From Octopus bimaculoides (Eukaryota): a DNA stretch of 32,515 nt. Where the stretch lies: contig NC_068986.1 of assembly GCF_001194135.2 (NCBI RefSeq), forward strand, positions 90,646,512 through 90,679,026. The letters are read 5' to 3'. This document shows, in pieces, positions 9,878 through 20,213 of the stretch. A program made the translations under genes and the position numbers. Under the pieces are notes generated by a model. The model saw only the letters and a list, made by a program, of their open reading frames with translations, had not been told where the DNA came from and made no database searches. The stretch's first letter is position 1; every line of letters starts with the position of its first letter.

Positions 9878-10818
9878 ATGGAGATCTTCTGACGGAATGA
9901 CAAAGAACCAGATCGATTTCATTCTTGTTCAAAAAGATGAAAATCAAACATCACAAATTGCAGAATATACCCTGACGCTGGCTGCGACTCTAATCACTAA
10001 CTCTGATGGCTACATGGAGAATGCGAATGAAAAAGTTGAAAAGGAATTCCTCACTCCTACAATATGACCTCGAAAATCTCAATAAAGAATACACGGTTGA
10101 TATCAACAACTGATTCGAAACGATACTTAAGATGTGAGAAAGGAAGAGCCCGGACAATACGTGGCAATTGGTAAGTGAAATTCTTGAATCTGCTGAAATA
10201 CACTTACTAATCAGAAAGGGAATCAAAAAGAAACCATGGAGTTCTGTAGCAACTATGACTCTTGTTGAAAAGACTAGGAAAATAACAGCTTTGGGTTCCA
10301 ACTTTGAATATAAAAATATTATCAAAGAAATTAAACGAGAATGTCGGAAAAATAGAAACAATTACATAACCAATTTGTGCGAAAATCTAGAAGAACAAGC
10401 AAAACACAGAAGGTGAAGAAACTCAAAGGAGAATACACTGCTAAGACGGATAGTATTAAATCAGAAGGAACAGTCATAACAGCAGCACAACAGGTAGAGT
10501 ACACCAAGAAGTTGCATGAAATCGATCCAAAGATCACCTTGGTTGACAGATTTAAGGTAAGAGAAAGAACTTGGACCATTAATAAGTGAGGTAGAAAGAG
10601 CTTTGGAAAAGATGAAACAAAAACAGGAAAGCTCAGTGTCTAGATACAGTATCGATTGAACTGATCAAAGGTGCAGAAGAGAGTGGCATAACAATACTCC
10701 CACAAACTCTACTGAAAGACCTGGAGAGAGAAAGAATAGCAGTAGAACAAGAGGCAGGCAAAGATCGCAATGGATGGACAATATCAAGAGCTGGTTGGAC
10801 CAGAGTAGCAAGAGAGAC
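9878..10818 (+). mobile_element. RTE-clade LINE fragment: endonuclease C-terminus and linker joined directly to the ORF C-terminus
   Basis: WRSSDGMTKNQIDFILV and YPDAGCDSNH (APE end); DTVSIELIKGAEESGITIL (pre-RT); then TRGRQRSQWMDNIKSW (RTE C-terminus). RT core absent. Confidence 0.85.
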
Positions 10819-11466
10819 CTTGTAGCCTGGAATGGCTTTCTCCTCGTTGGAAATGAATGAACGGTATGGCAATTTTTTCCAATACAATCCAGTTTCGTCT
10901 ACGCTAAAAATCTGTTCGGGAAGAAACCCGTTTTCTTCGATGATTTTCTTTAATGCATTAGGAAATTCCGTTGGTGCTTGTTCGTCAACTGATGCACTTT
11001 CACCTTGTTTCTTAATGGAGTGATAACTTCTTCGCTCCTTAAATCTCATGAACCAATCTTGACTTACCTTGAACTCTACATCTTTCTTATCTGGATATTT
11101 TTTCTTCAGGTCCTCAATCAAAGACAACACTTTCTCTTGAATGATTCCTTGACTAATAGTAGCACGCTGACGATTCAATCTAACCTTTCTCCAAAGAGAA
11201 AGAAGTCTTCCCATTTCTTCAAAGATTTTGCCTCTTTTCTTATTGATGACTGCGTTCTTCATCCCTAGGGCTTCAGATTTGATATGTACTAAAATCTTGT
11301 CCTTATTATGTACAATAGTCGATACAGTTGTCTGACTCATCCCAAAAGATCGTGCAATTGCTACCACTCTTTCACCTTTTGCATGGCGTTTTATCATAGC
11401 CAGTTTATCTTCCAACTTTATAGCATGACGCTAAGCACTTTCACTATGAATTTTCTGAGGAGCCAT
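10819..11466 (-). pseudogene. Tigger1/TIGD1-like transposase, truncated (psq-type HTH, CENP-B HTH, start of DDE domain)
   Basis: MAPQKIHSESA*RHAIKLEDKL...SQDWFMRFKERR...EQIFSVDETGLYWKKLPYRSFISNEEKAIPGYK. One in-frame TAG (11433-11431); truncated after the first catalytic D. Confidence 0.9.
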
Positions 11467-11685
11467 GGGGGTAAAAACTAAAGTCACAAATGAATGAGAA
11501 TGAGAAAATAGCCGATAAACAGACGTAACACAAATCTGAATTCAAAACAATCGCGGGAATCACGAGTGACAACGACGCCTAACGGTAGATATTGGAACTA
11601 CAGTGCAATATGAGCTCCGAAAGACCGATAAATAAGACAACAGAGCTGATTTCATGATTTCGTTCACTAAGCTACACTACTTTAT
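10819..11685 (-). mobile_element. Tigger/pogo-type DNA transposon fragment (5' half)
   Basis: Transposase N-terminal half at 11466-10819 plus 5' noncoding sequence running into the gap at 11686. Confidence 0.9.
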
Positions 11686-12119
11686 NNNNNNNNNNNNNNN
11701 NNNNNNNNNNNNNNNNNNNNNNNNNNNNNNNNNNNNNNNNNNNNNNNNNNNNNNNNNNNNNNNNNNNNNNNNNNNNNNNNNNNNNNNNNNNNNNNNNNNN
11801 NNNNNNNNNNNNNNNNNNNNNNNNNNNNNNNNNNNNNNNNNNNNNNNNNNNNNNNNNNNNNNNNNNNNNNNNNNNNNNNNNNNNNNNNNNNNNNNNNNNN
11901 NNNNNNNNNNNNNNNNNNNNNNNNNNNNNNNNNNNNNNNNNNNNNNNNNNNNNNNNNNNGTTCTTTGGGACAGATAAGAAAAAGTATGTACCGTCATAGA
12001 GGCCAGCTGTCTTTCTAATGTGAATACCTCTTTGAAAATCAAAGAGAAAGAAAATAACTATAGACAACTGCTTCGAAACCTCCAGCTTTTACATCCGTAT
12101 TATAAATTTACATTTATAC

Positions 12120-12285
12120 CAATAATAATTGGAGAATTCGTTTTGTAAGTAGATACTTAACTGTCAGTCTGGATAAGCTTGGATTTTCAGAAAAAGAAAT
12201 CAACCAACTGATTCGCACATTACAAATACAATCTGTAAGCGGAACAGTAAAACTGTGCAAAACGTTTCCCAAGCTTAAAATGGGA
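12120..12285 (+). mobile_element. R4/Dong-like (RLE) LINE 3' end
   Basis: LDKLGFSEKEINQLIRTLQIQSVSGTVKLCKTF; homologous to 21720-21885. Confidence 0.75.
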
Positions 12286-12369
12286 CATCGTTTTCGTTAT
12301 CTACTTTATATCTTTATTAGAAATCAGCTCCTTCCTCAGAAGAAAAGTTTAGATGATTAAAAACAGAAG

Positions 12370-12380
12370 ATATATATATG

Positions 12381-12418
<38 letters not shown>

Positions 12419-12679
12419 NNNNNNNNNNNNNNNNNNNNNNNNNNNNNNNNNNNNNNNNNNNNNNNNNNNNNNNNNNNNNNNNNNNNNNNNNNNNNNNNNN
12501 NNNNNNNNNNNNNNNNNNNNNNNNNNNNNNNNNNNNNNNNNNNNNNNNNNNNNNNNNNNNNNNNNNNNNNNNNNNNNNNNNNNNNNNNNNNNNNNNNNNN
12601 NNNNNNNNNNNNNNNNNNNNNNNNNNNNNNNNNNNNNNNNNNNNNNNNNNNNNNNNNNNNNNNNNNNNGAGAGAGAGAG

Positions 12680-12762
<83 letters not shown>

Positions 12763-12765
12763 GAT
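12370..12765. repeat. compound (TA)n / gap / (GA)n(GATA)n(GACA)n microsatellite
   Basis: Direct reading of the sequence. Confidence 0.9.
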
Positions 12766-12899
12766 ATATGCATATACATGCGTATAGACATACATAGATT
12801 GGATACACGTGTAGGAGTATGACAGAAACAAATGAATGAATACACGTGTAGGAATAGAAAATATGATTTTGTTTCTGCTACACACGACAGACGCTAGGA

Positions 12900-13420
12900 T
12901 ATCTCAAGAGGAAAAATTACCTACTTCAAAACGGTACGCTGTGCCAGCTTTCACAATCTGTGCGTATTCAAATGCCAATTGATAATCAATATTAAATGGA
13001 CAGGACATGCAGATAAATATTTTATGCAAATAATAGAGAGATACAAACAGCAACAGCAGTTGAAACAAACAGGATGCAGAGAAACCAAACTGAATATACA
13101 AGCATATATGTAAAAACTTTTTAACTAGGAACAAGTCTATTAAAGGAATAACAATGAATACTAATTTCGATGTCTTTCAAGAACAGGCTGTCATGTCTGT
13201 TATACACCCACATAATGCATCGACGATGTTTGCTCATACTGCATGGCTTACAGATGGCCTACTGAATCAAAATCTCTTTGCGACTTTGAGGGGAAGGTAA
13301 AACTTGACAACCTCTATCCTCCTCCACCAAATATTTTTTGGTACTTTGTTGCTCATTCTGGAAACAGTTTCATAGAAAATACATGCTCATATAACAAAAC
13401 ACTGACACTCGCCTCTCTGT
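12900..13420 (+). mobile_element. Helitron RepHel N-terminal fragment
   Basis: 13225-13419 reads DVCSYCMAYRWPTESKSLCDFEGKVKLDNLYPPPPNIFWYFVAHSGNSFIENTCSYNKTLTLASL, matching the Helitron CxxCxA-W/F..E...CCxxGKVxL...P...F..NIRxYN..A.S motif. The left boundary is approximate. Confidence 0.75.
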
Positions 13421-13499
13421 GACACAAAGAAATGAGAGCCCCAGATTTAGTCCTACATTAGAGCAGTTTCGTACAAGCAAACAATACATATACTTGCAG

Positions 13500-13781
13500 A
13501 AAACCGCTCGAAAGCGGGTCAAGTCTACTACCCGAGTAGAAAATTGCGGGATTTGAACTCGGAACACAAAGAACAGGAACAAATACCGCAAGATATTTCA
13601 GTTCGGACTTCTCAGTTTCGCTAATCGACCGCTTTGGACAGCTATATATTTTTTTTATTAATCCAAAAGAATGAAGAGCAAAGTTGTACGTTGCGTGATT
13701 TGAACTCTAAGAGCAGAAAATCGGAACAAATACCGCAAAGCATTCTTTCCGACGCTCTAACGAGTCTGCCAATTCGCCGCC
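13500..13781 (-). mobile_element. two tandem diverged SINE 5' heads
   Basis: Two gatttgaactc...aaataccgca blocks (13540-13632 and 13665-13781), homologous to the SINE at 31175-31403. Confidence 0.75.
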
Positions 13782-13814
13782 AGCAAATAATCTTAAAACT
13801 CCAATGAAGAGAAA

Positions 13815-13900
13815 CATACATACTTACATACTCGCATACATTCATGCATACATACATACATACATACATACATACATACATACATACATACATACATACT
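13815..13900. repeat. (CATA)n microsatellite
   Basis: Direct reading of the sequence. Confidence 0.95.
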
Positions 13901-13989
13901 TATGTTTAACTACTTTCATACACACCTAATACATACATATGTCCCGATAGCGATCGCCATAGAAAAGTAATTACCTATTCAGTAGTAAA

Positions 13990-15531
13990 TGAGCAGCCAT
14001 CTCCAGAGAGATGAGGAGGTAACCAATAAGAATTACAGACGCTCCTTCTAGGAAAGATACAGATTTATCCTGGAGAAAAATCTAGATTGAAAATTAGTTT
14101 TATAAAACAAGAAGTTTGAAAAAAGTACCATCTCTGAATTACACCAAAACCATACAAAACTAATAATAATAACCTTGATGTTTTGATTAAAAAAAAACAA
14201 AACTTTGAGGTGGATGTAAGATGGGACCAGGAAGAGATTTCATTGTGGCTACTGATACATGGAAAACTTAACTTCACTCGAAGTTATATTATTTTACCGT
14301 CAAGTTCAAATGATATATGTATGCTCCAATCAGTAATTTACATGCCAAAATACAAATAATAAAATCTATACAGTTTGAATTTGCTTTAAACACGTGCTAT
14401 TTTCGTTGAAGAAATCTGAAGTGTGATTGGCTCAAACCTACAAACCCCTCCTGCAGCGTCGTTATCAGCGACCGATTTTATTCTCCGGTATCTAACAAAG
14501 AATGTTACAAATACTCAGAAAACATGTTCTCTGATAAGGTCTTGTAAAGAGACATACAGTCCAAGTAAAAGAAAAAACAAACAATGACCATCAGAGTTCT
14601 CTGCAAACAATAAATCAGTATTTAGAAGGGAACACTTTGGAAAGTATGGCTTGGCAGATGACGTTTTTCTGCAATTACTTCGGTTATTTCCGGGTAAATG
14701 TTTTGGTTCTATTATATAGACATTAAAACCTGCAAGATTCTAACATCAATTGGAAATCTTCATAAAAATAGTGATATTGACAGGATCTACCTAAAAAGAG
14801 ATAAAGGAGATAGGGGCTTTAGATCAGTGCAGACAACCTTTGAATGTCGTATAGTCTCTCTCAGACAGCACTTGCTAAACAGCAGCAAAAAAAAAAAAAT
14901 AATAAATACATTAACTCAGTGCTGGAAAGTGAAGAAAACAATATTCTACAAGTTGGAAGTGAGCTCCTCAGGAAGTACTCTTTCCCTGATGACTTTCCAT
15001 ACAGCCCCAAATCAGCCGGACTACCATACCTCAAAGAAGACCTGGATATGAAACGCTCAGCATATCAAAAAAAATTTTAAAAAGGCCATGTGTGGATATC
15101 GTTCTCGAAGATTTGAAGAAGATAGTAACATTGACATGAAGTGAAGCCTCTCTCGGACTCAACCACTACATTGCATCACACTAGAAGGCTATGCATTTGC
15201 AATTCAAGAACAGGAAATTGCTACTTGATACCTAATCAACAAAAGAGACAGGGAAGCCATTGGTGTTCCAAGATGCAACTGCAAATGTAGATTGTCATAT
15301 TTCTGTGGAAGACTTCACACATGGGATTAGCAGCTGCACAAAAACTACATCCCTATACGACATGATGTTGTCCCCAAAACAAAATACAATGCCATTCGGG
15401 AAAAAGACCCCTGGAATAAATATAGAGAATCCTCGTATTATTGAATTCGTACACAAATATCAGCACAAGGAATACAAGTGGAACATTCCCACCAAAACAT
15501 CTGTCAAGTGTAAGCATAAAAGACCGGATAT
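13990..15531 (+). mobile_element. R4/Dong-like LINE with internal deletions
   Basis: KILTSIGNLHKNSDIDRIYLKRDKGDRG (post-RT motif); KCRLCHISVEDFTHGISSC (CCHC knuckle); WNIPTKTSVKCKHKRPDI (start of the PD-(D/E)xK RLE domain) running into the gap. The 13990-14690 portion is a weaker assignment. Confidence 0.8.
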
Positions 15532-16020
15532 NNNNNNNNNNNNNNNNNNNNNNNNNNNNNNNNNNNNNNNNNNNNNNNNNNNNNNNNNNNNNNNNNNNNN
15601 NNNNNNNNNNNNNNNNNNNNNNNNNNNNNNNNNNNNNNNNNNNNNNNNNNNNNNNNNNNNNNNNNNNNNNNNNNNNNNNNNNNNNNNNNNNNNNNNNNNN
15701 NNNNNNNNNNNNNNNNNNNNNNNNNNNNNNNNNNNNNNNNNNNNNNNNNNNNNNNNNNNNNNNNNNNNNNNNNNNNNNNNNNNNNNNNNNNNNNNNNNNN
15801 NNNNNNNNNNNNNNNNNNNNNNNNNNNNNNNNNNNNNNNNNNNNNNNNNNNNNNNNNNNNNNNNNNNNNNNNNNNNNNNNNNNNNNNNNNNNNNNNNNNN
15901 NNNNNNNNNNNNNNNNNNNNNNNNNNNNNNNNNNNNNNNNNNNNNNNNNNNNNNNNNNNNNNNNNNNNNNNNNNNNNNNNNNNNNNNNNNNNNNNNNNNN
16001 NNNNNNNNNNNNNNNNNNNN

Positions 16021-16081
<61 letters not shown>

Positions 16082-16125
16082 TATATAGATAGATAGATAA
16101 ACAGACAGACAGACAAACAGAGATA
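16021..16125. repeat. compound (TA)n(GA)n(GATA)n(GACA)n microsatellite
   Basis: Direct reading of the sequence. Confidence 0.9.
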
Positions 16126-16842
16126 TATGCATATACATGCGTATAGACATACATAGATATACAAGGAAAACGAAACTCTGCTCAGTACTTTTCATAGATT
16201 TCATTTCTATTAGAATTTACAATTTGATTTAGAAACGCATTATTCAAAACTCCACGAAAGTGAGAAAAACTCTTTAAACACTAAGGTGCTTCTGGGTAAC
16301 AAGGCTTTCAAATCTTGTACATAAGGTTGCACGTCATTGGATGATGAATAAAGCTCATGATTAAAGGCTGGCTCAGACTACGTGGTGGAATTGATAGCTG
16401 TCGACTACATTGTATGCAAGCAGGTAGTGTGGTGCTACAGAGTAGAACTGGTTAGCGATGGGGTCGGAAGCTACTGAATGATGGATGGTATACAAAAGTA
16501 GTCGCTCCTGTTTTATTTAGAAATTCCAATATCAAGTGTAATGTGTGCAGAGAATCATGCAGTGCTTATTAGTAAAAGTTTATGGCAATGGCAGATATTG
16601 CTTGCTATTCGTCCTGTTGTTTGAAGGCAGTTTGAATCTTGTGTAAAGAAAAAGTGTCAGTTGTTGGTAAATGTAGAGTAAACCTCCCCCCCCCCACATA
16701 CACATACACAAACACACACATATACTGTATATATCCAAATGATAAGAAGAAGACAAAGAAAAAATTCAGTTCTATATTTAAGAGATGAGGAATTATTTAC
16801 ACTGTTTACATTTGACGGATATTTGTCCTTATCTTTGTTGTT

Positions 16843-16888
16843 AACACAACGTTTCGGCTAATATACCCGCCAGCCTTCATCAGGTGTC
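16843..16888 (-). ncRNA. minimal hammerhead ribozyme motif lacking helix III
   Basis: GACAC CUGAUGA A GGCUG GCGGGUAUAU UAGCC GAAAC GUU GUGUU. Stem I GACAC/GUGUU; stem II GGCUG/UAGCC; palindromic AACGUU in place of helix III. Confidence 0.75.
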
Positions 16889-16974
16889 TTGGGGAAATTT
16901 CGAACCTGGGTCCTCATTCCTAAGGTATTTTCGATGTTCTAGTTGTTATTATTATTATCATTATTATTATTCAG

Positions 16975-17040
16975 GTCACTGCCTGGAATCGAACTCGGGG
17001 TTAGTAGCCCATGCTCATAACCACTACGCCATATGTCCGT
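16975..17040 (-). promoter_or_regulatory. tRNA-like internal Pol III promoter (A and B box)
   Basis: A box TGGCGTAGTGG (17031-17021); B box GAGTTCGATTCC (16996-16985); followed by an (AAT)n tract. Confidence 0.7.
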
Positions 17041-17334
17041 GGGCAACTATGGAGTGAATTTTAGGGCTTATAAATCTAATATTCTCCTATCATTCCTTAA
17101 TACCGGTTCCTATATGCTGTTCATATCTACACTCGGTCTGCTTAGGAGGTTGTTGTGTCCTAGCTTATGTGCTGCTTCTTTTAGTTTTCGTATTTTCCAG
17201 TGGTGTTCTCTGTCTATTATTTTAACTTCATCCCACAGGGGGAGGTGGTCTCCATTTTTCCATACATGATCAGCTATACCCGATTTATCAATATCTCACC
17301 GTGTCACAACTTTGCGATGTTCCTCTACCCTGCA

Positions 17335-17358
17335 CACACAGGCACACACGCACGCACG

Positions 17359-17412
<54 letters not shown>
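17335..17412. repeat. (CA)n/(CACG)n microsatellite
   Basis: Direct reading of the sequence. Confidence 0.95.
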
Positions 17413-17416
<4 letters not shown>

Positions 17417-17488
17417 GTCCCTTTCTTGTATCACCTAACCGTCCGGATGTTTCGCGTTCTTGTCCCATTTTGTATTTTATAATATATA

Positions 17489-18358
17489 CAGGGTGAGTGG
17501 AAAGTAACTATGCACTAGAAATTACTTATAAAATTTTTAGTATTACTGAAGACATGACAAAAACAGTTTTTAAACGCACAACACTAATGGGGATTTTTTA
17601 TTTTCTTATTGTCTTAATTCTTATTTTCCAGATGGCCGATCACTTGACTGTTCAGGAGCGAGCTAAGATAGCAGTACGCTATGAGGTGTGGAATTCCATT
17701 GTTTTGATTCAGAGATGGTGCCGTGCATAGCATGCAGCACTACGTCCGGAGACAATTAAGAATTGTCATGCAAAGCTGATGACCAAGGGCTCTGTGGACG
17801 ATGCAAGAAGTGGCCGTCTAACCACATCTCGATCAGCTGAGAACGTGGCAACAGTGCAGGAAATCTTTAATCGCAGCCCGCAAAAATCAACACGTCAAGC
17901 AGCTCGTGAAAGTGGACTAACAAGACACAATACGTACAGTGTTGAATAAAGAATTGAACTTTCGTCCGTGGAAACCTCATTACGTGCAGGAACTAAAACT
18001 GCAGAAGTCTAGAACTCCAGAACTCCAAGAAGTCCAGATCTCCATGTGATTTTTTTACCTGTGGAGTTACACAAAAGAGGTGTACAAGACAAAACCTCTC
18101 ACACTGAGGGACTTAGAGACACGGATTCAGGAGGTTCTCAATGATATCCCACACGACGTCTTTCAGAAGGTTGTTCAACACTCCGCCTGACCGTTTGAGG
18201 AAACTGGTTGACGCCACCGGTGCTTACGTTGAAATATAAGATTTACTCTCATTTTCCCATGTAATAAAGAACATGTATCATTTGTTTCAATAAATTTGTA
18301 AAAGGAATATGGATTTTATTACCATTTTTTAATGCCTACTTACTTTTCATCCACCCTG
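17489..18358 (+). mobile_element. IS630-Tc1-mariner element (DD37D/DD41D-type by TIR and motifs), internally deleted
   Basis: TA on both sides. TIRs CAGGGTGagtggAAAGTAA / TTACTTTtcatcCACCCTG. ORF from ATG 17632: MADHLTVQERAKIAVRYEVWNSIVLIQRW...SPQKSTRQAARESG...WKPHYVQEL, then jumps to an RSPDL(x)PCDFFLW-like motif and ...DATGAYVEI*. Confidence 0.9.

Positions 18359-18360
<2 letters not shown>

Positions 18361-18420
<60 letters not shown>
18361..18420. repeat. (CA)n microsatellite
   Basis: Direct reading of the sequence. Confidence 0.95.
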
Positions 18421-18421
<1 letters not shown>

Positions 18422-18857
18422 TACAACAAAATTTTATATAGAGTTACCCAAGGTTTCGCGTCGACCATGCATTGTGGACAGCTCTATATTTTTAGAGTGT
18501 GCTTCTTTCTAATATATGTTTTTTTATTAATTGTATGCGCGCGCAACTGTGTGTGATGGCTGCCACTTAGTTTCAATCAATGTCATCGTTTGATTGTTCT
18601 TTTCAACATGTACAGTACGGATGTGGATTTTCTGTCCTGCTAGGGATCTGCGTTCTTTTGCACAAATGTGACAATGATGGTCGCCTTTTGTAACAAGCGT
18701 TCAGAGAGCTTACCGTTCACTTTGACACATGCCTTCATTGAACCATGAATTTTTTTTTCTTTGAGCGTCTTGCCTTTCTCAGCCACGTCCAGCCATGATA
18801 TGCAACACATGAAAGAAATGTTAAAAATCAAGCGATAGCCTGTGACTGAAGATTTTT

Positions 18858-19682
18858 CGGATCTTTATGATTTGACGGGCAACATTTTTTTATGTAGTGT
18901 TTTTGGTACCGAAACATTTTCAAACTTCGAATACTTGTATATTTTGTGTTATAGAACAGATAAAAAATTTTGTATTCGAAGTTATTTCATGTAAAAAATT
19001 GTCGTATTTCGGTAATTTCAACCAATCACTGACGTCTATTGAGGTGAAAACAATTATGCCGTGGAATGTAAACAACGGTGTTACGGGATTTTTTCCCTTG
19101 AATAAAATTAGTGCCGTTGTTTGTCAACAAAAACTATCCGTTGTCAACAACAACTATCAGCGGTATATATTTCGTTTGTCACTGTTATTTATGACATCGT
19201 TCGTGCGTTTGTACTGGTTTTAGCTTTAGGGTTTTAGGGTTCGGGTTTTAGAGTTAGGGTTAGTTTTAGGATTACGGTTAGGGTTATGATTATTTTTGCC
19301 ATAACCTTAACTCTAACCCTATAACTCATAATCCTAACCCTAACACTAACCCTAACCCCAACCCTAACCCTAAAACCCTAACCCTAAAATCCGAACCCTA
19401 ACCCTAAAACCCTAAACCCTTACTAAGGAATAATGATACAATTAAACAGGGAATAACACACTTGACACCGAACAGCACTAACTGTATTCAGCTGAATAGA
19501 CGTCAGTGGTTGGTTGAAATTACAGAAATACAACTTTAGCATGAAATAACTTGCGATGTACAATTTTTTGTTAAGAAGGTTAAGAGAAGAAGTTGTTTTA
19601 TATGTCACATTCTACCAGTGTCCCAAGTTTGAAAGTGTTTCGTTAAGAAAACAAGTGTTGCCCGTCAAATCATAAAGATCCG
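18858..19682. mobile_element. foldback/MITE-like palindromic element with telomere-like core
   Basis: Perfect 27-bp TIRs CGGATCTTTATGATTTGACGGGCAACA (18858-18884 / 19656-19682); further inverted blocks inside; ATTTTT directly on both flanks; no ORF. Confidence 0.8.
19225..19420. repeat. head-to-head degenerate (TTAGGG)n-(CCCTAA)n array
   Basis: TTAGGG-like units at 19225-19288; 11-nt loop at 19289-19299; CCCTAA-like units at 19300-19420. Confidence 0.92.
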
Positions 19683-20178
19683 ATTTTTCAAATGAGGAGA
19701 TGCCCTGGACTATCCCAGTCCCACTCTCTAAACGAAGTATATATTTCCCCATAAAGGAAGAATTAGTCTACATCATTGACTGGAAACGAAATCGTAGGTT
19801 TTTCATTCAGAGTTTTCTTTCCTTCAGAGAAATGTCTACCCAAATGCTCGAGCGCTCTCGCTCATAGCTGTTGGACGGCCGTTAATTCTACTGAGAGCTT
19901 GCGCTCTTTGACAGGTTTTGTTTTTTGTCCTGCAGGATGTCTAATAAAAATTTCTAATAAAACCTACCGTCTTTATTAAGTAGGTTCTATAGGGATGCTA
20001 GCAAAATTGCCGACGCTGACTGGTCGTATTTTGTTACGTGCTACCAGTAGCACTGAGAGTGATCTGACAGATATATATATATATACATACACATATTACA
20101 CGTATATGTGCGTGTATCTAAGAAAGAGAGAGAGGAAGAAGCAGAGCAAAAAGAGAAGACAAATGTAGCAATAATTAT

Positions 20179-20213
<35 letters not shown>

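Larger units (their letters stand above)
16765..17331 (-). mobile_element. Penelope-like element 3' end: GIY-YIG C-terminus plus terminal repeat
   Basis: 17331-17068 reads RVEEHRKVVTR*DIDKSGIADHVWKNGDHLPLWDEVKIIDREHHWKIRKLKEAAHKLGHNNLLSRPSVDMNSI*EPVLRNDRRILDL*, the typical PLE EHxR...SAIAxH...W..VKI...R.LKEA motif. Followed by a tRNA-like segment and a hammerhead motif. Confidence 0.85.

Noticed and set aside
10633-10818. C-terminal ~60 aa of the 260-aa ORF 10633-11415
   Set aside because: Antisense read-through into RTE sequence; transposase homology stops at about GYK (10819).
16250-16680. Possible degenerate LINE 3' fragment
   Set aside because: No diagnostic motif could be read with confidence.
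19225-19420. True ancestral chromosome fusion site
   Set aside because: Not excluded, but the perfect TIRs and flanking direct repeat favour a mobile foldback element; reported as such.
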